The notes under the pieces: generated by a model
Seen by the model: the letters and a program-made list of their open reading frames with translations, nothing else
Database searches by the model: none
Told to the model about the DNA's origin: nothing
Assembly (NCBI GenBank): GCA_965240465.1
Contig: OZ251219.1
Coordinates: 1,024,001-1,088,000, forward strand
Direction of reading: 5' to 3'
Origin: a bacterium
GTDB lineage: Bacteria; SAR324; JACQKK01
Length of the DNA stretch: 64,000 bases
In this document: piece by piece, positions 10,578 through 20,518 of the stretch
How the letters are laid out: each line of letters starts with the position of its first letter
How positions within the stretch are numbered: the first letter of the stretch is position 1
Program-made: the position numbers and the translations under genes

Positions 10578-10647
10578 AAGTAAGCACAGATTTGAGAAGC
10601 AGGCAAGTGCAGGTTGGGGGTAAGTAAGCACAGATTTGAGAAGCAGG
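10578..10647. repeat. 26-bp direct repeat x2 (aagtaagcacagatttgagaagcagg) with an 18-bp spacer
   Basis: Copies at 10578-10603 and 10622-10647. Confidence 0.9.
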
Positions 10648-10808
10648 TTGGTACAGTTGGGAACAGTACGGCAACGCCGCAATAATTTCTCAGTATTTTT
10701 TGTGGTAACTAAAAATAATTTCCTAAAGTATGTTGCTATTGTATGTCAGTCTTGGCAGACTGCTGGAGTGTGTTTGGGTCTACCTAGACTAACACACAGA
10801 TGATACTG

Positions 10809-10910
10809 TTGAAGACAGCAGGGGCTTTGTTTTTTATCGGCAAGGCTTAAACCGCTACCCCGCCAAAGCAGGTCACCTCTTGGGTCTTCGGTGGGAAATG
10901 ACCTGAGGTG
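10809..10910 (+). promoter_or_regulatory. Probable L10 leader (ribosomal protein autoregulatory RNA)
   Basis: GAAGACAGCAGG...CTTAAA...CCCCGCC pattern typical of L10 leaders, located upstream of rplJ and followed by a caggtca/tgacctg hairpin; boundaries approximate. Confidence 0.65.
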
Positions 10911-11079
10911 TCGCAATATCTTGCAGTCTTTTCCAGTGCTGTCTTTTATTGAGTGTTTTTGATGCACAGCCAGCAGTGGTTGGTGGATCAATGCTTGGTT
11001 GACGGCTGGGTGTTTATGATGTGGTAAAAACCCGAGGATGAACTGTCAGGAAAAGGTAACAAAGTACCAGGACGAAATT

Positions 11080-11607
11080 ATGAGACGAGAAGAAAAAGAA
11101 AACCTAGTTAATGAATTACAAACTGTTTTTGCTGAGAATAAGGCAGTTTTTCTGCTGGATTATCGTGGGTTAGGCGTGGAACAGATTTCTGATATCCGCA
11201 AGCTCCTGCGAGAAGACCAAGCTAGCATGAAGGTGGTGAAGAATCGGATAGCTAAACTGGCAGTTAAGGATACTCCTTTTCAGGTGTTAGAAGAGTGTTT
11301 TGTAGAACCTCGGGCGATGGTGTTTTGCAAAGAGCCAGCAGCACCAGCCAAGGTTCTTAAAAAGTGTTTGGGAGAACTGGAAAATCTAGGTTACATAAGT
11401 GGATGTATAGTATCTGATGGTCAAGCCAGCCTGATGGATTTGGCGAGCCTAAACCAGCTGGGTAGCTTGCCCAGCCGAGCAGAATTGTTGGTGAAATTAT
11501 TGTACGTGATGCAATCCCCTAATACATTGCTGGTACGCACTCTGAATGAAATTCCCTCTAAGTTGGTGCGAATATTGTCTGCAATTGCTAAAAATAAAGG
11601 CAAATGA
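11080..11607 (+). CDS. rplJ: 50S ribosomal protein L10
   Basis: DYRGL, KVVKNRIAK, LPSRAEL; start moved to ATG 11080, which has an upstream AGGA (ORF track start 11038). Confidence 0.95.
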   Translation: MRREEKENLVNELQTVFAENKAVFLLDYRGLGVEQISDIRKLLREDQASMKVVKNRIAKLAVKDTPFQVLEECFVEPRAMVFCKEPAAPAKVLKKCLGELENLGYISGCIVSDGQASLMDLASLNQLGSLPSRAELLVKLLYVMQSPNTLLVRTLNEIPSKLVRILSAIAKNKGK

Positions 11608-11736
11608 AAGAGAATCCGTGTCAGTTTATGTTAATCAGATGGCTAAATTAAAGTGCTCTGATGTTAATGTATTGAATAATCGGTTATTGTTTATAGTTTT
11701 TTAATCCCCCTATTTTTGAAAGTAAGGAATGTAAAA

Positions 11737-12120
11737 ATGGCGAGTGTTACCAAAGAACAAGTGGTTGAGTTTATCTCTAATATGTCGGTTCTGGATTTAT
11801 CTGTGCTGGTAAAGGAGCTAGAAGAAAAATTTGGCGTCAGTGCGGCTGCCGCGGTAGTAGCAGCTCCAGCGGCTGGGGGTGCCGATGCTACTAAAGGCGA
11901 AGAAGCCAAAGACAGCTTCAATGTGGTTTTAACCGAAATAGGTAGCCAAAAAATAAATGTTATAAAAGAAGTGCGTGCTATCACCGGATTGGGACTGAAA
12001 GAAGCCAAAGACCTAGTGGAAGCCGCACCTAAGAGCCTTAAGGAAGACATCAGTAAGGAAGATGCAGACGAAATTAAGAAAAAATTAGAAGCCGCAGGTG
12101 CTAAGGTAGAGGTGAAGTAA
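11737..12120 (+). CDS. rplL: 50S ribosomal protein L7/L12
   Basis: [32 protein letters not shown] 11737 preceded by AAGGA. Confidence 0.98.
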   Translation: MASVTKEQVVEFISNMSVLDLSVLVKELEEKFGVSAAAAVVAAPAAGGADATKGEEAKDSFNVVLTEIGSQKINVIKEVRAITGLGLKEAKDLVEAAPKSLKEDISKEDADEIKKKLEAAGAKVEVK

Positions 12121-12172
12121 TTCTACCTTTCTACTTGCTCGCATTGGCTGGAAAACCTGTAAGGAACCATCA

Positions 12173-12796
12173 GTGAATCCTGATGTGGATAAAAAAGAAT
12201 CCTCTGCTCGCTCGGGTGAGGGACTGTTCGCTCGTCTACTGGAATCTCGCACCATTGTGCTTTCAAGTGCCATAGATGCCAATATCACTCGTAATTTGAT
12301 ACAACAATTGGTGATATTTAATCACCAAAGCTCCAAAAAGCCTATTACCCTGATCTCCAACTCTCCCGGGGGCGATGTCTTCTCAGGGCTTGCCCTATAT
12401 GACATGCTACGCTTTATCTCAGCACCAGTCATCAGCATCATCACCGGGCTGGCAGCTAGCATGGGTTCTATCATTCCGCTGGCCGCCGACAAAGGACAAA
12501 GATATACCCTGCCCAATGCTAAATTCCTCATCCACCAACCCTTGATGACAGGATACCAAGGACGTGCCAGTGAATTGGAAATACAAGCAAATGAAATCCT
12601 GCGGGATAAAGAACGGATTATTTCCATCTACGCCCAACACACAGGAAAAAAACCTGAAAAAATTGCCCACGATATCGACCAAGATCACTGGATGGATGCC
12701 AAACAAGCCAAAGCATATGGCCTTGTTGATCAAATCATCTCCTCTGAAAAAGAACTGAAAGCATCCGCCAAATTGGTATCCTCAGTAAAAAAATAA
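12173..12796 (+). CDS. clpP: ATP-dependent Clp protease proteolytic subunit
   Basis: NSPGG, AASMGS (Ser), IHQP (His), AKAYGLVD. Confidence 0.93.
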   Translation: MNPDVDKKESSARSGEGLFARLLESRTIVLSSAIDANITRNLIQQLVIFNHQSSKKPITLISNSPGGDVFSGLALYDMLRFISAPVISIITGLAASMGSIIPLAADKGQRYTLPNAKFLIHQPLMTGYQGRASELEIQANEILRDKERIISIYAQHTGKKPEKIAHDIDQDHWMDAKQAKAYGLVDQIISSEKELKASAKLVSSVKK

Positions 12797-13039
12797 TGCT
12801 CTACGTGTTCTAAAGTGTAGGGATTCTGTAAAAAGCCCTCAATTTTCTAAGTGTTTAAGTATGTAATTACCTTAATTACTTGCAATACTATTTTTTTATG
12901 TAGTAAAATATTCATGTCGGAAAAAAATAACTTAAGCCCTCAAGGGCTATCTTAGTGGTGCTTGTCTCTTGGTGGGAGGGTATTGATGTAGGGAGGAATA
13001 GGTGTCATCCGCATGGAAGTGGGTGAGAAAGGGGAGTAA

Positions 13040-15136
13040 ATGGGTCTGCGGATTTGGTCAATTATTTCATTATGGGGATCACTTAGTATAGGAATTCTGG
13101 GGGGAGCATCGGTTTCATTAGCCGAAGTTCGGGTACTTCTATTGGGCGAAGAACCACAGTATTCTTTGTCTGGGAAGCTGGAGATACTTGAAGACAAAGC
13201 ACAGCAGGTGAGTTTGAATGACGTGCTTAAGGGAGGAGTCAGCAGTTCATTTTTGCCTCAGAATGACAATCGGCATTTGAATTTTGGGGTGGTGAACAGT
13301 TCTTATTGGTTGCGGGTACGTTTGCAAGCGGATCACCCTCAGCGGCGTGACTGGTACTTACGAATTGGCAATCCTCATCTTGATGAGGTGGTACTGACAC
13401 TGGTACGGGATGGTCGGGTGGTTAAAACTTATCGCATGGGGGATAGTCAGCCTTTTCAGGAGCGTCCATTTCAGCATCGTTTATTTATCTTTCCTTTTGA
13501 AACAGAGGCGGGGGAAGAATTAGAGATGCTGATGCAGGTACGGATTGATGGCAGAGGATTTTTGCCTTTGGATATTATTTCTCCTGCTGTCCTGATGCGA
13601 GATTCTGCTAGGATGCAGATGTTTTTTGGGGTGATTTTTGGCATGATGCTAGTGGCATTTTTATATGCCTTGCTGGGGAACCTAGCCAACAGTGGAGAGG
13701 AAAACATCTGGCTTTGGTGCTATTTGCTGTCTTTAATAATGTTTAATCTTGCACAGGAAAAGCTGGATTTTGCGTTCCTATTGTCTTCATGGCCGGTCTT
13801 GTCAAATCATCAGGCTTCATTGTGGGGCAACTTGATGCTGGCAGCTGCTTGTTTATTTTGTGTTCGTTATTTTCAAACCGAAAAAAATACCCCGCGGCTA
13901 GACAAAGCCTTAAAGATGCAAGCGGGAATACAATTACTGGGGATGAGTCTTCTATTCTGGAACACTCAAGCTAGCCTAACCTTTGTATGCATCTTTGGGG
14001 GTGCCACTTGGCTACTGATCTTGGCCACGGGCATCATCTATCTGAGGCATTGTGAAACACGGGCAAAGCTTTTTCTGGTGAATTGGGGGGGAGTAATTTC
14101 AGGGGCTATTATACATATATTGCAGCTACAAGGTGTGATTCCCCACAATGTATTCACTACGAATGCTTTCTTTGTTGGTGCTGGAATACAAGCCTGCTCC
14201 TTAGTTTTGAGCTTATCTTACAATCTTAGTCAGACAAAAAATACCTTCAGAGATGCACTTCACCAAACTGTTCGCCGTGAATGCCATGTTTCTGAACTTT
14301 ATCGCTCGCTGGAAAAATTTATCCCTACTGAAAAGCTTTCCATGATGGGTAAAAAAGATCTAACCGATATTGAACTAGGCGATTATACCAAACGCAACAT
14401 GACCGTCCTGTTCTCTGATATTCGTTCCTTTACCTCTATGTCTGAAAATATGTCTCCAGAGGATAACTTCCGATTTCTGATTTCCTACTTAAAGCGTATG
14501 GAGGCCGCGGTAAGAAATCATAAAGGGTTTATTGATAAATACACCGGCGATGGCGTGATGGCTCTATATCCGGGAAGTGCTGATAATGCCGTTGAATCAG
14601 CTATTGCCATGCAGAAAAGCGTCAGAGAGCAAAACCATATTAGAAAAAAATATGGGCATGTTCCTATTCAAGTGGGCATCGGTTTGAATACCGGACCCTT
14701 AATTATGGGATTCCTAGGAGGTAGTGGATACATGGAAAGCACCGTGATCAGCGATGCCGTTAATACAGCCAGTCGCACGGAAGAACTGACTAAGGTATAT
14801 GGTAGTAAGGTAATAATCACTGATAATACATTGAAATCACTACATAAACCTGATAATTTTGTACTACGAGAATTAGATAAAGTGGAGGTGAAGGGAAAAA
14901 GTAAATTTGTACAAATTTATGAAGTGCTCAATGCCGAAGAAGATATTCTCTTTAATGCCAAGCAGGAAACTTTGAGTGATTTCCAAAAAGGACGCAATTT
15001 GTATGAACAAGAAAGATATTCAGAAGCGGCTGCTTGTATGCGTCGTTGTGTGGAATCTTGTTCAATGGACAAGGCTGCTGGTATTTGGCTGGGGCGTTGT
15101 CATCAGAGGATGAACCAGGGAGCCATTACATCATAG
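13040..15136 (+). CDS. Membrane adenylate/guanylate cyclase with 7TMR-DISM extracellular and 7TM domains
   Basis: Signal peptide, LNFG...YWLRV DISMED2-like region, 7 hydrophobic segments, class III cyclase motifs VLFSDIRSFT, DKYTGD, DAVNTASR. Confidence 0.88.
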   Translation: MGLRIWSIISLWGSLSIGILGGASVSLAEVRVLLLGEEPQYSLSGKLEILEDKAQQVSLNDVLKGGVSSSFLPQNDNRHLNFGVVNSSYWLRVRLQADHPQRRDWYLRIGNPHLDEVVLTLVRDGRVVKTYRMGDSQPFQERPFQHRLFIFPFETEAGEELEMLMQVRIDGRGFLPLDIISPAVLMRDSARMQMFFGVIFGMMLVAFLYALLGNLANSGEENIWLWCYLLSLIMFNLAQEKLDFAFLLSSWPVLSNHQASLWGNLMLAAACLFCVRYFQTEKNTPRLDKALKMQAGIQLLGMSLLFWNTQASLTFVCIFGGATWLLILATGIIYLRHCETRAKLFLVNWGGVISGAIIHILQLQGVIPHNVFTTNAFFVGAGIQACSLVLSLSYNLSQTKNTFRDALHQTVRRECHVSELYRSLEKFIPTEKLSMMGKKDLTDIELGDYTKRNMTVLFSDIRSFTSMSENMSPEDNFRFLISYLKRMEAAVRNHKGFIDKYTGDGVMALYPGSADNAVESAIAMQKSVREQNHIRKKYGHVPIQVGIGLNTGPLIMGFLGGSGYMESTVISDAVNTASRTEELTKVYGSKVIITDNTLKSLHKPDNFVLRELDKVEVKGKSKFVQIYEVLNAEEDILFNAKQETLSDFQKGRNLYEQERYSEAAACMRRCVESCSMDKAAGIWLGRCHQRMNQGAITS

Positions 15137-15261
15137 GGATCTTAGGCAAATATCGAAGGGATGGCACAAGATACAAAAATGTGTCAATATAGGACTGAAG
15201 GGTTCGGTATATGGATATTGGTAGTTAATTTGTGATGGATTGATAAAAAGCGGAGGCTACC

Positions 15262-17097
15262 TTGGACGCCCATACCATTGCATTAGTCAAAGAGCGTGCC
15301 GATATCGTACAGATTATCGGTGAGCATGTACAGTTGCGTGCTAGTGGTCAGGGTTATAAGGGCTTATGCCCTTTTCATCAGGAGAAGACCCCGTCTTTTA
15401 CGGTGAACGCGGCCCGGGGTTTTTTTCATTGTTTTGGCTGTGGCAAAGGGGGGAGCGTAGTGGATTTTGTCATGGAACGGCAGGGAATGGAATTCCGTGA
15501 AGCACTCTGTTGGCTAGCAGAAAGAGTGGGAGTGGAAATATCATCGGGATCATCGGGCAAAGATCGTGGACAAGCAGACCGTTCTGCAGAGGCTTTGCGA
15601 TTGGCAACCGAGATTTATCATCAGCAATTGATAAATGAGCCATCAGGGGAGGAATCTCGGACGTACCTGCGGAATAGAGGTTTTCAAGAGGAAGATTGGT
15701 GCAGTTTCAAGATAGGGGCTGCTTGGGATGATTGGCAGGGACTGTTGAGTAGATTGAGTGGTAAGCTTGATAAGGAATCAATTCTAAAATCGGGTTTGGT
15801 AGGCAAAAGCAAGAGCGGTCGTATTTACGATTGGATGCGGGCCCGGGTGGTATTTCCTATTCAAGATGTTAGCGGGTACACCATCGGGTTTGGGGGACGA
15901 TTGATAAAGGATGATGCCTCACAGCCTAAGTACATTAATACTCCCGAAACCGTTCATTATCGCAAACATCGGGTTTTGTTTGGCTTGCCTCAGGCAATTG
16001 ATGCTTGGAATAAGTCAAAGCGAGCCTTATTGGTAGAGGGATATCTGGATGTGTTGCGTATGCATCAGCATGGTTTTTCAGAATCGGTAGCTAGCTGCGG
16101 CACTTCCCTAACTGTTGAGCATGTGGCATTTATTAAGCGTCATGTTAAGGAAGTACTGCTGCTATTTGATGGAGATGCAGCTGGAGTGCGTGCAGTTACT
16201 CGTTCGGCAGCCATGCTATTGGAAAGTGAGCTGGACGTTCAAGTGGTCTCGCTACCTGATAAACTGGATCCCGATGATATATTGCAGCAACGTGGTTCAT
16301 CAGCAATGCACCAAGCATTGGAAAATGCCAAACCACTGCTAGAATATTTAGCATGGGCAACCTTTCAGCAGTTTCCCCAGTCCATCCAAGGCAAGCAACA
16401 GACCTTAAAATCCTTAGCTGATACTCTTCAGGTAGCCAAGCCAACCACCAGAGCCCTGGCCATCCGACATTTAGCAGATTTGCTAGGTCTTGATACTGCC
16501 AGCGTGCAATCCCAAATGAAATCAAGCTCCAAGCTACAGAAAGCATACTCCCACTCATCAAGCTCTCATGATTCCATTGTACTCCCATCCATAACCGAAA
16601 GAGAAAAACGCATTTTTGCACTATTGGCTTGGCATTCTTCCTTGGCAGGCAGTGCTAGTACCCTCCTTCAACCCGGTGATTTTAGCTCAGAAATGGCTTG
16701 TAGCGTTTTTAAGCGTTTAATATCATCTCCTGCGGATAGACTAGGGGCCGATTCTTCCACTGCTGAGAACTCCTCTTCCCAAGCCATGAATCATACCCAG
16801 CAAGAAGAACTTTTGCTGAGGACCATACTCGCAGAAAAACCACTCCACGTCCAAGCAGCCGAAAACCCCGAAGCTGCCTTGCGGGCAGAAATCTATTACC
16901 TAAAACGTCCCAGATTGCTTGAACTACGCCGTGCTTGGCTAAAAGCCCTCAATACTCCTCAAGCAGAGCTTGCTCACCAACGCTGGAAAAAAGCAGAAAG
17001 ATCTATGGCAAACCTAAAGCCATCCCGTAACACTTACCAACCGCCAGCAGAATGGTGTCTCCGAGAACCTAGCCCTTCAATCCCAGCCAATGAGTAA
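15262..17097 (+). CDS. dnaG: DNA primase
   Basis: CHC2 zinc finger CPFHQEKTPSF...HCFGC, KYINTPET, TOPRIM EGYLD / FDGDAAG. Confidence 0.97.
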   Translation: MDAHTIALVKERADIVQIIGEHVQLRASGQGYKGLCPFHQEKTPSFTVNAARGFFHCFGCGKGGSVVDFVMERQGMEFREALCWLAERVGVEISSGSSGKDRGQADRSAEALRLATEIYHQQLINEPSGEESRTYLRNRGFQEEDWCSFKIGAAWDDWQGLLSRLSGKLDKESILKSGLVGKSKSGRIYDWMRARVVFPIQDVSGYTIGFGGRLIKDDASQPKYINTPETVHYRKHRVLFGLPQAIDAWNKSKRALLVEGYLDVLRMHQHGFSESVASCGTSLTVEHVAFIKRHVKEVLLLFDGDAAGVRAVTRSAAMLLESELDVQVVSLPDKLDPDDILQQRGSSAMHQALENAKPLLEYLAWATFQQFPQSIQGKQQTLKSLADTLQVAKPTTRALAIRHLADLLGLDTASVQSQMKSSSKLQKAYSHSSSSHDSIVLPSITEREKRIFALLAWHSSLAGSASTLLQPGDFSSEMACSVFKRLISSPADRLGADSSTAENSSSQAMNHTQQEELLLRTILAEKPLHVQAAENPEAALRAEIYYLKRPRLLELRRAWLKALNTPQAELAHQRWKKAERSMANLKPSRNTYQPPAEWCLREPSPSIPANE

Positions 17098-17159
17098 ATT
17101 CGTGTTTTTTGTAAAGCATATGGTTCTCAATCGGATAAGGGTGACAATGCGAGTTACTC

Positions 17160-19871
17160 GTGGCATTCTTCTGGGTATCTCTCTATTTGCTTAATGCTGT
17201 TTTTTGTTCGCTGAATAATTTTTATTACTATTTGCGTTTTAGGCTCGCCTTTACTGTGCCAAAATTCTCTGTACCTCCATTTTTTACTAAAGAGACTTGG
17301 AATATCCCCAAGCTTATGAAATTGGGAATGTTTGTTGCCTTTGCCACTCTGGTAGCCATCTTGGTGGCACCTAGCTTTTCGCTGGTACCGCCCAGGTATA
17401 GGGAAGGAGAACTAATAACCCGTACCATCGTTGTTACAGACAGCATAAATTTGCGCGATGAGCGCTCTACCCAGTCCCGAATTGAAGAAGCTCTAAAAGA
17501 AGCCCCACCCGTCTATGACTATGATCCTGGCTTAGGAGAGAAAATAGTAAAACAGGTGCGCAAAAGTTTTGCTGTTGCACGCCAACAACAGCAGGAATTA
17601 GAGCAGTCTGTGCGGCAGTCTGAGGAGTCCCTTAGGATAAATTCTATGCAGCGGGTAGATTTGCTAGGGCAGATTGGAGGGCTAATTGAGCGGCAAAAGC
17701 ATCTCAACAGAGAGCGTTTATACGTACTACGAGAATTGGGCGAGTTAAATGATGCTCAGAATTTAGACGAGATTGAGAATAAGCGGGTTGCTAAATTGCG
17801 AGCAGATATTGGTAATTTAAATTTCACACGCCAAGAATGGCAGGGGCAGTTGCAAGCGAGGCGTGCCAAGCTGGAGGGCTTGGAAAAAAATATTCAAGAA
17901 CTGCAAGAAGGAATTCGTCAGGCTAGAACAAACTTTCAACAAGCCCCTACATCCATGCAGACAGAGTTTGAGGCTAATCTGGGAGGTGTAGTTTCTCCTC
18001 AGGTATTTCAGTTATTGCTGCAACAAGAATTTGGAAAAATTTATGAAGATGCCCTAACTGAATTATTACTGAGTGCCTATTCTCAGCGGTTTGCTGTTTC
18101 TAAAGAGGTATTGGGGCAGAACGCCATTCAAGTACAAAATGTTGCCAACGAAGAAATAGAAAGGCTGGAGAATTTTAGCAGTCTGAACGATGTATCCCAA
18201 GTACGTGAGCAACTGGTGGAACAATCAGAACTACTATTACCAGCTTTGGGTAATCGCATAGATAAGGTAGCTCTATTGGCCTTGGTACAATCATTAATTC
18301 AGCCCAATCTCACCGAAAACAAAAGTGCTACAGAAGCTCTGAAACGACGGTTACGTGCCGAAGTCCCTCCGGTATTTTTCGCCCTAAAAAAAGGTGATGT
18401 GGTAGCCAGAGCAGGAGAACTAGCCACAGCTCAGCAAGCGGAAATCATTCGGGCTTTCAATGCTTATAATCGCAAGCACCCGAAGTACACTCAAATACTG
18501 GGTACTTGGGGATTAGTATTGCTACTACTGGGGATGACTATATATCTCATTATCCCACGCATTCTACCCCAAGGAGCTTTGCCTCCTCGCCGAAAACTGA
18601 TGGCAGTCCTGCTACTGGGAAATCTACTGATATCCCAATTATTACTGCTACTTGAGCCAACCTTGAATACTGTTTATCAGCTACCCACCCACGTATACAG
18701 CTTGTTGTTACCTGTTGCACTTACCGCCATGCTGGCAAGCATCGTGGCTGGACGGCAAATCGGAATTATGCTGGGACTGCTACAAGCACTGCTACATGCC
18801 ATCCTGTTGGGCAATCAATTCACTTTCTTTATTTATGGAACGGTAGCTTCTCTGCTGGCAGCTACTGCCACCAACTATGATCGCCGTGCGGTAATCTGGA
18901 AACAAGGAATCACCATCGGACTAGCCAATATGCTGACTACCGTCATCTTATTATTGTTGAGTCAGCAATCACTCGGTACTTCTATTCTGATAAATCTGAC
19001 CGTTGCCTTTGTGAACGGACTGTTGGTGTCTATGTGCTGTACCGCCCTCTTACCATTGATAGAAAAATTCTTTGATATAACTACCAATCTGCGGCTACTG
19101 GAACTAGCTAATATGAATCAACCCACTCTGAAGCAACTCGCAGTGACATCACCGGGGACTTATCAACACAGTATTGTGGTCAGCAATCTTAGCGAATCTG
19201 CTGCAGAAGGCATTAGTGCCAATAATCTACTGGTGAGGGTGGCGTCTTATTACCATGACCTAGGCAAAATGAAATGCCCTCTCTATTTTATTGAAAATCA
19301 GCAGCCCGGCCTTAATTACCACCAGGATATGCCTCCAGAGGTGTCGGCACGCATTATTGTTAACCATGTGCAGGATGGATTGAAAATCGCAACCCAGCAT
19401 AATCTGGGGCGGGCAATCTACGATATTATTCAGCAGCACCATGGCACATCTCTGGTGCGGTTCTTTTTTCATAAGGCTCAGCAAAAATTCAAAAACGATC
19501 CTCAGCAAAAATCAAGGGCTCCTGATGAGGCAGCTTTTCGCTATCGGGGACCAAAACCCCAGAGCAAAGAAGCCGGGTTAGTTATGGCAGCCGATATGAC
19601 AGAAGCAGCCACTCGCAGCTTGCAAGTAATGTCCCCAGAATCTATCCGAGACATGGTTCAAGACATAACCAAATACCTTTATGTGGATGGTCAGCTGGAA
19701 GAATCGGGCTTGACCTTTAATGACTTAAACCACATTGAAAAATGTTTTACTCGTATGATTCTTAGTGTTCACCACCACCGGGTTCAGTATCCAGGACAAA
19801 AAACAATGCTGGAAAAATCCGTCAAACCTTCCCCTGTTTTTCCTACCCCAAAGCGACTAAGAATGACTTAA
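17160..19871 (+). CDS. 7TM-HD phosphohydrolase (PgpH/YqfF-like, putative c-di-AMP phosphodiesterase)
   Basis: Large extracellular domain, 7 TM segments, PGTYQHS, YYHDLGK, QHHGT, FRYRGPKPQSKEA; adjacent to ybeY as usual for this family. True start may be further downstream. Confidence 0.88.
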   Translation: MAFFWVSLYLLNAVFCSLNNFYYYLRFRLAFTVPKFSVPPFFTKETWNIPKLMKLGMFVAFATLVAILVAPSFSLVPPRYREGELITRTIVVTDSINLRDERSTQSRIEEALKEAPPVYDYDPGLGEKIVKQVRKSFAVARQQQQELEQSVRQSEESLRINSMQRVDLLGQIGGLIERQKHLNRERLYVLRELGELNDAQNLDEIENKRVAKLRADIGNLNFTRQEWQGQLQARRAKLEGLEKNIQELQEGIRQARTNFQQAPTSMQTEFEANLGGVVSPQVFQLLLQQEFGKIYEDALTELLLSAYSQRFAVSKEVLGQNAIQVQNVANEEIERLENFSSLNDVSQVREQLVEQSELLLPALGNRIDKVALLALVQSLIQPNLTENKSATEALKRRLRAEVPPVFFALKKGDVVARAGELATAQQAEIIRAFNAYNRKHPKYTQILGTWGLVLLLLGMTIYLIIPRILPQGALPPRRKLMAVLLLGNLLISQLLLLLEPTLNTVYQLPTHVYSLLLPVALTAMLASIVAGRQIGIMLGLLQALLHAILLGNQFTFFIYGTVASLLAATATNYDRRAVIWKQGITIGLANMLTTVILLLLSQQSLGTSILINLTVAFVNGLLVSMCCTALLPLIEKFFDITTNLRLLELANMNQPTLKQLAVTSPGTYQHSIVVSNLSESAAEGISANNLLVRVASYYHDLGKMKCPLYFIENQQPGLNYHQDMPPEVSARIIVNHVQDGLKIATQHNLGRAIYDIIQQHHGTSLVRFFFHKAQQKFKNDPQQKSRAPDEAAFRYRGPKPQSKEAGLVMAADMTEAATRSLQVMSPESIRDMVQDITKYLYVDGQLEESGLTFNDLNHIEKCFTRMILSVHHHRVQYPGQKTMLEKSVKPSPVFPTPKRLRMT

Positions 19872-19890
19872 ACAATCCCCTAGCCTTTTT

Positions 19891-20409
19891 ATGCTAAACA
19901 TACCGCTCTCAACATCTGAAAAAAAATTGGTGCAGGTCGGCTGGGCAGCCCAGTTCAAAGAAAAAGAACTTCCTCTCGCCCCTAAGCACTTGCAAACTGT
20001 TACGGCAGGGTTTCTCAAGAAGCTGGGATTAGCAGGCGGGGCGTTGGAGGTATGGCTAGACAGCGATGCAGGTATCGCCCAGCTTAATCAAACTGGGCGT
20101 GGGTACGCTAAACCTACCGATGTATTATCCTGGCGGTACTGGGATGTTTCTCCTAAACAATGTGCTGAAGAAGGATGTTTGCTGGGAGAAGTAGCCATAT
20201 CTTTGGAAACTGCTCATCGCCAAGCTATTCGCTATGGCTGGGACTGGCAGGAAGAATTGTTGCGTATTCTAGCCCATGGTTGCACTCATGTGGGTGGCTA
20301 TGATCATCAGGAACCATCAGAAGCAGAACTAATGCAAGCTCAGGAAAATTCGCTGTTGCAAGCAATAGGCTTGAAGCTGATAATTAATCCACTATCTCAT
20401 TGTAGCTGA
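19891..20409 (+). CDS. ybeY: rRNA maturation RNase YbeY
   Basis: KPTDVLSW and HGCTHVGGYDH (H3xH5xH) motifs. Confidence 0.92.
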   Translation: MLNIPLSTSEKKLVQVGWAAQFKEKELPLAPKHLQTVTAGFLKKLGLAGGALEVWLDSDAGIAQLNQTGRGYAKPTDVLSWRYWDVSPKQCAEEGCLLGEVAISLETAHRQAIRYGWDWQEELLRILAHGCTHVGGYDHQEPSEAELMQAQENSLLQAIGLKLIINPLSHCS

Positions 20410-20518
20410 GGTTTGAGACTGTTACGGTTATCAGTTATCCTTGGCCGGGATTATGAGCTAGAAATGGTAGGCTGGATATTCTTAAAACGGATAAGCATGC
20501 TTGTTGAAATAGATAGAT

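Noticed and set aside
10578-10647. 26-bp direct repeat pair as a mini-CRISPR
   Set aside because: Only two copies, an 18-bp spacer, no palindrome and no cas genes.
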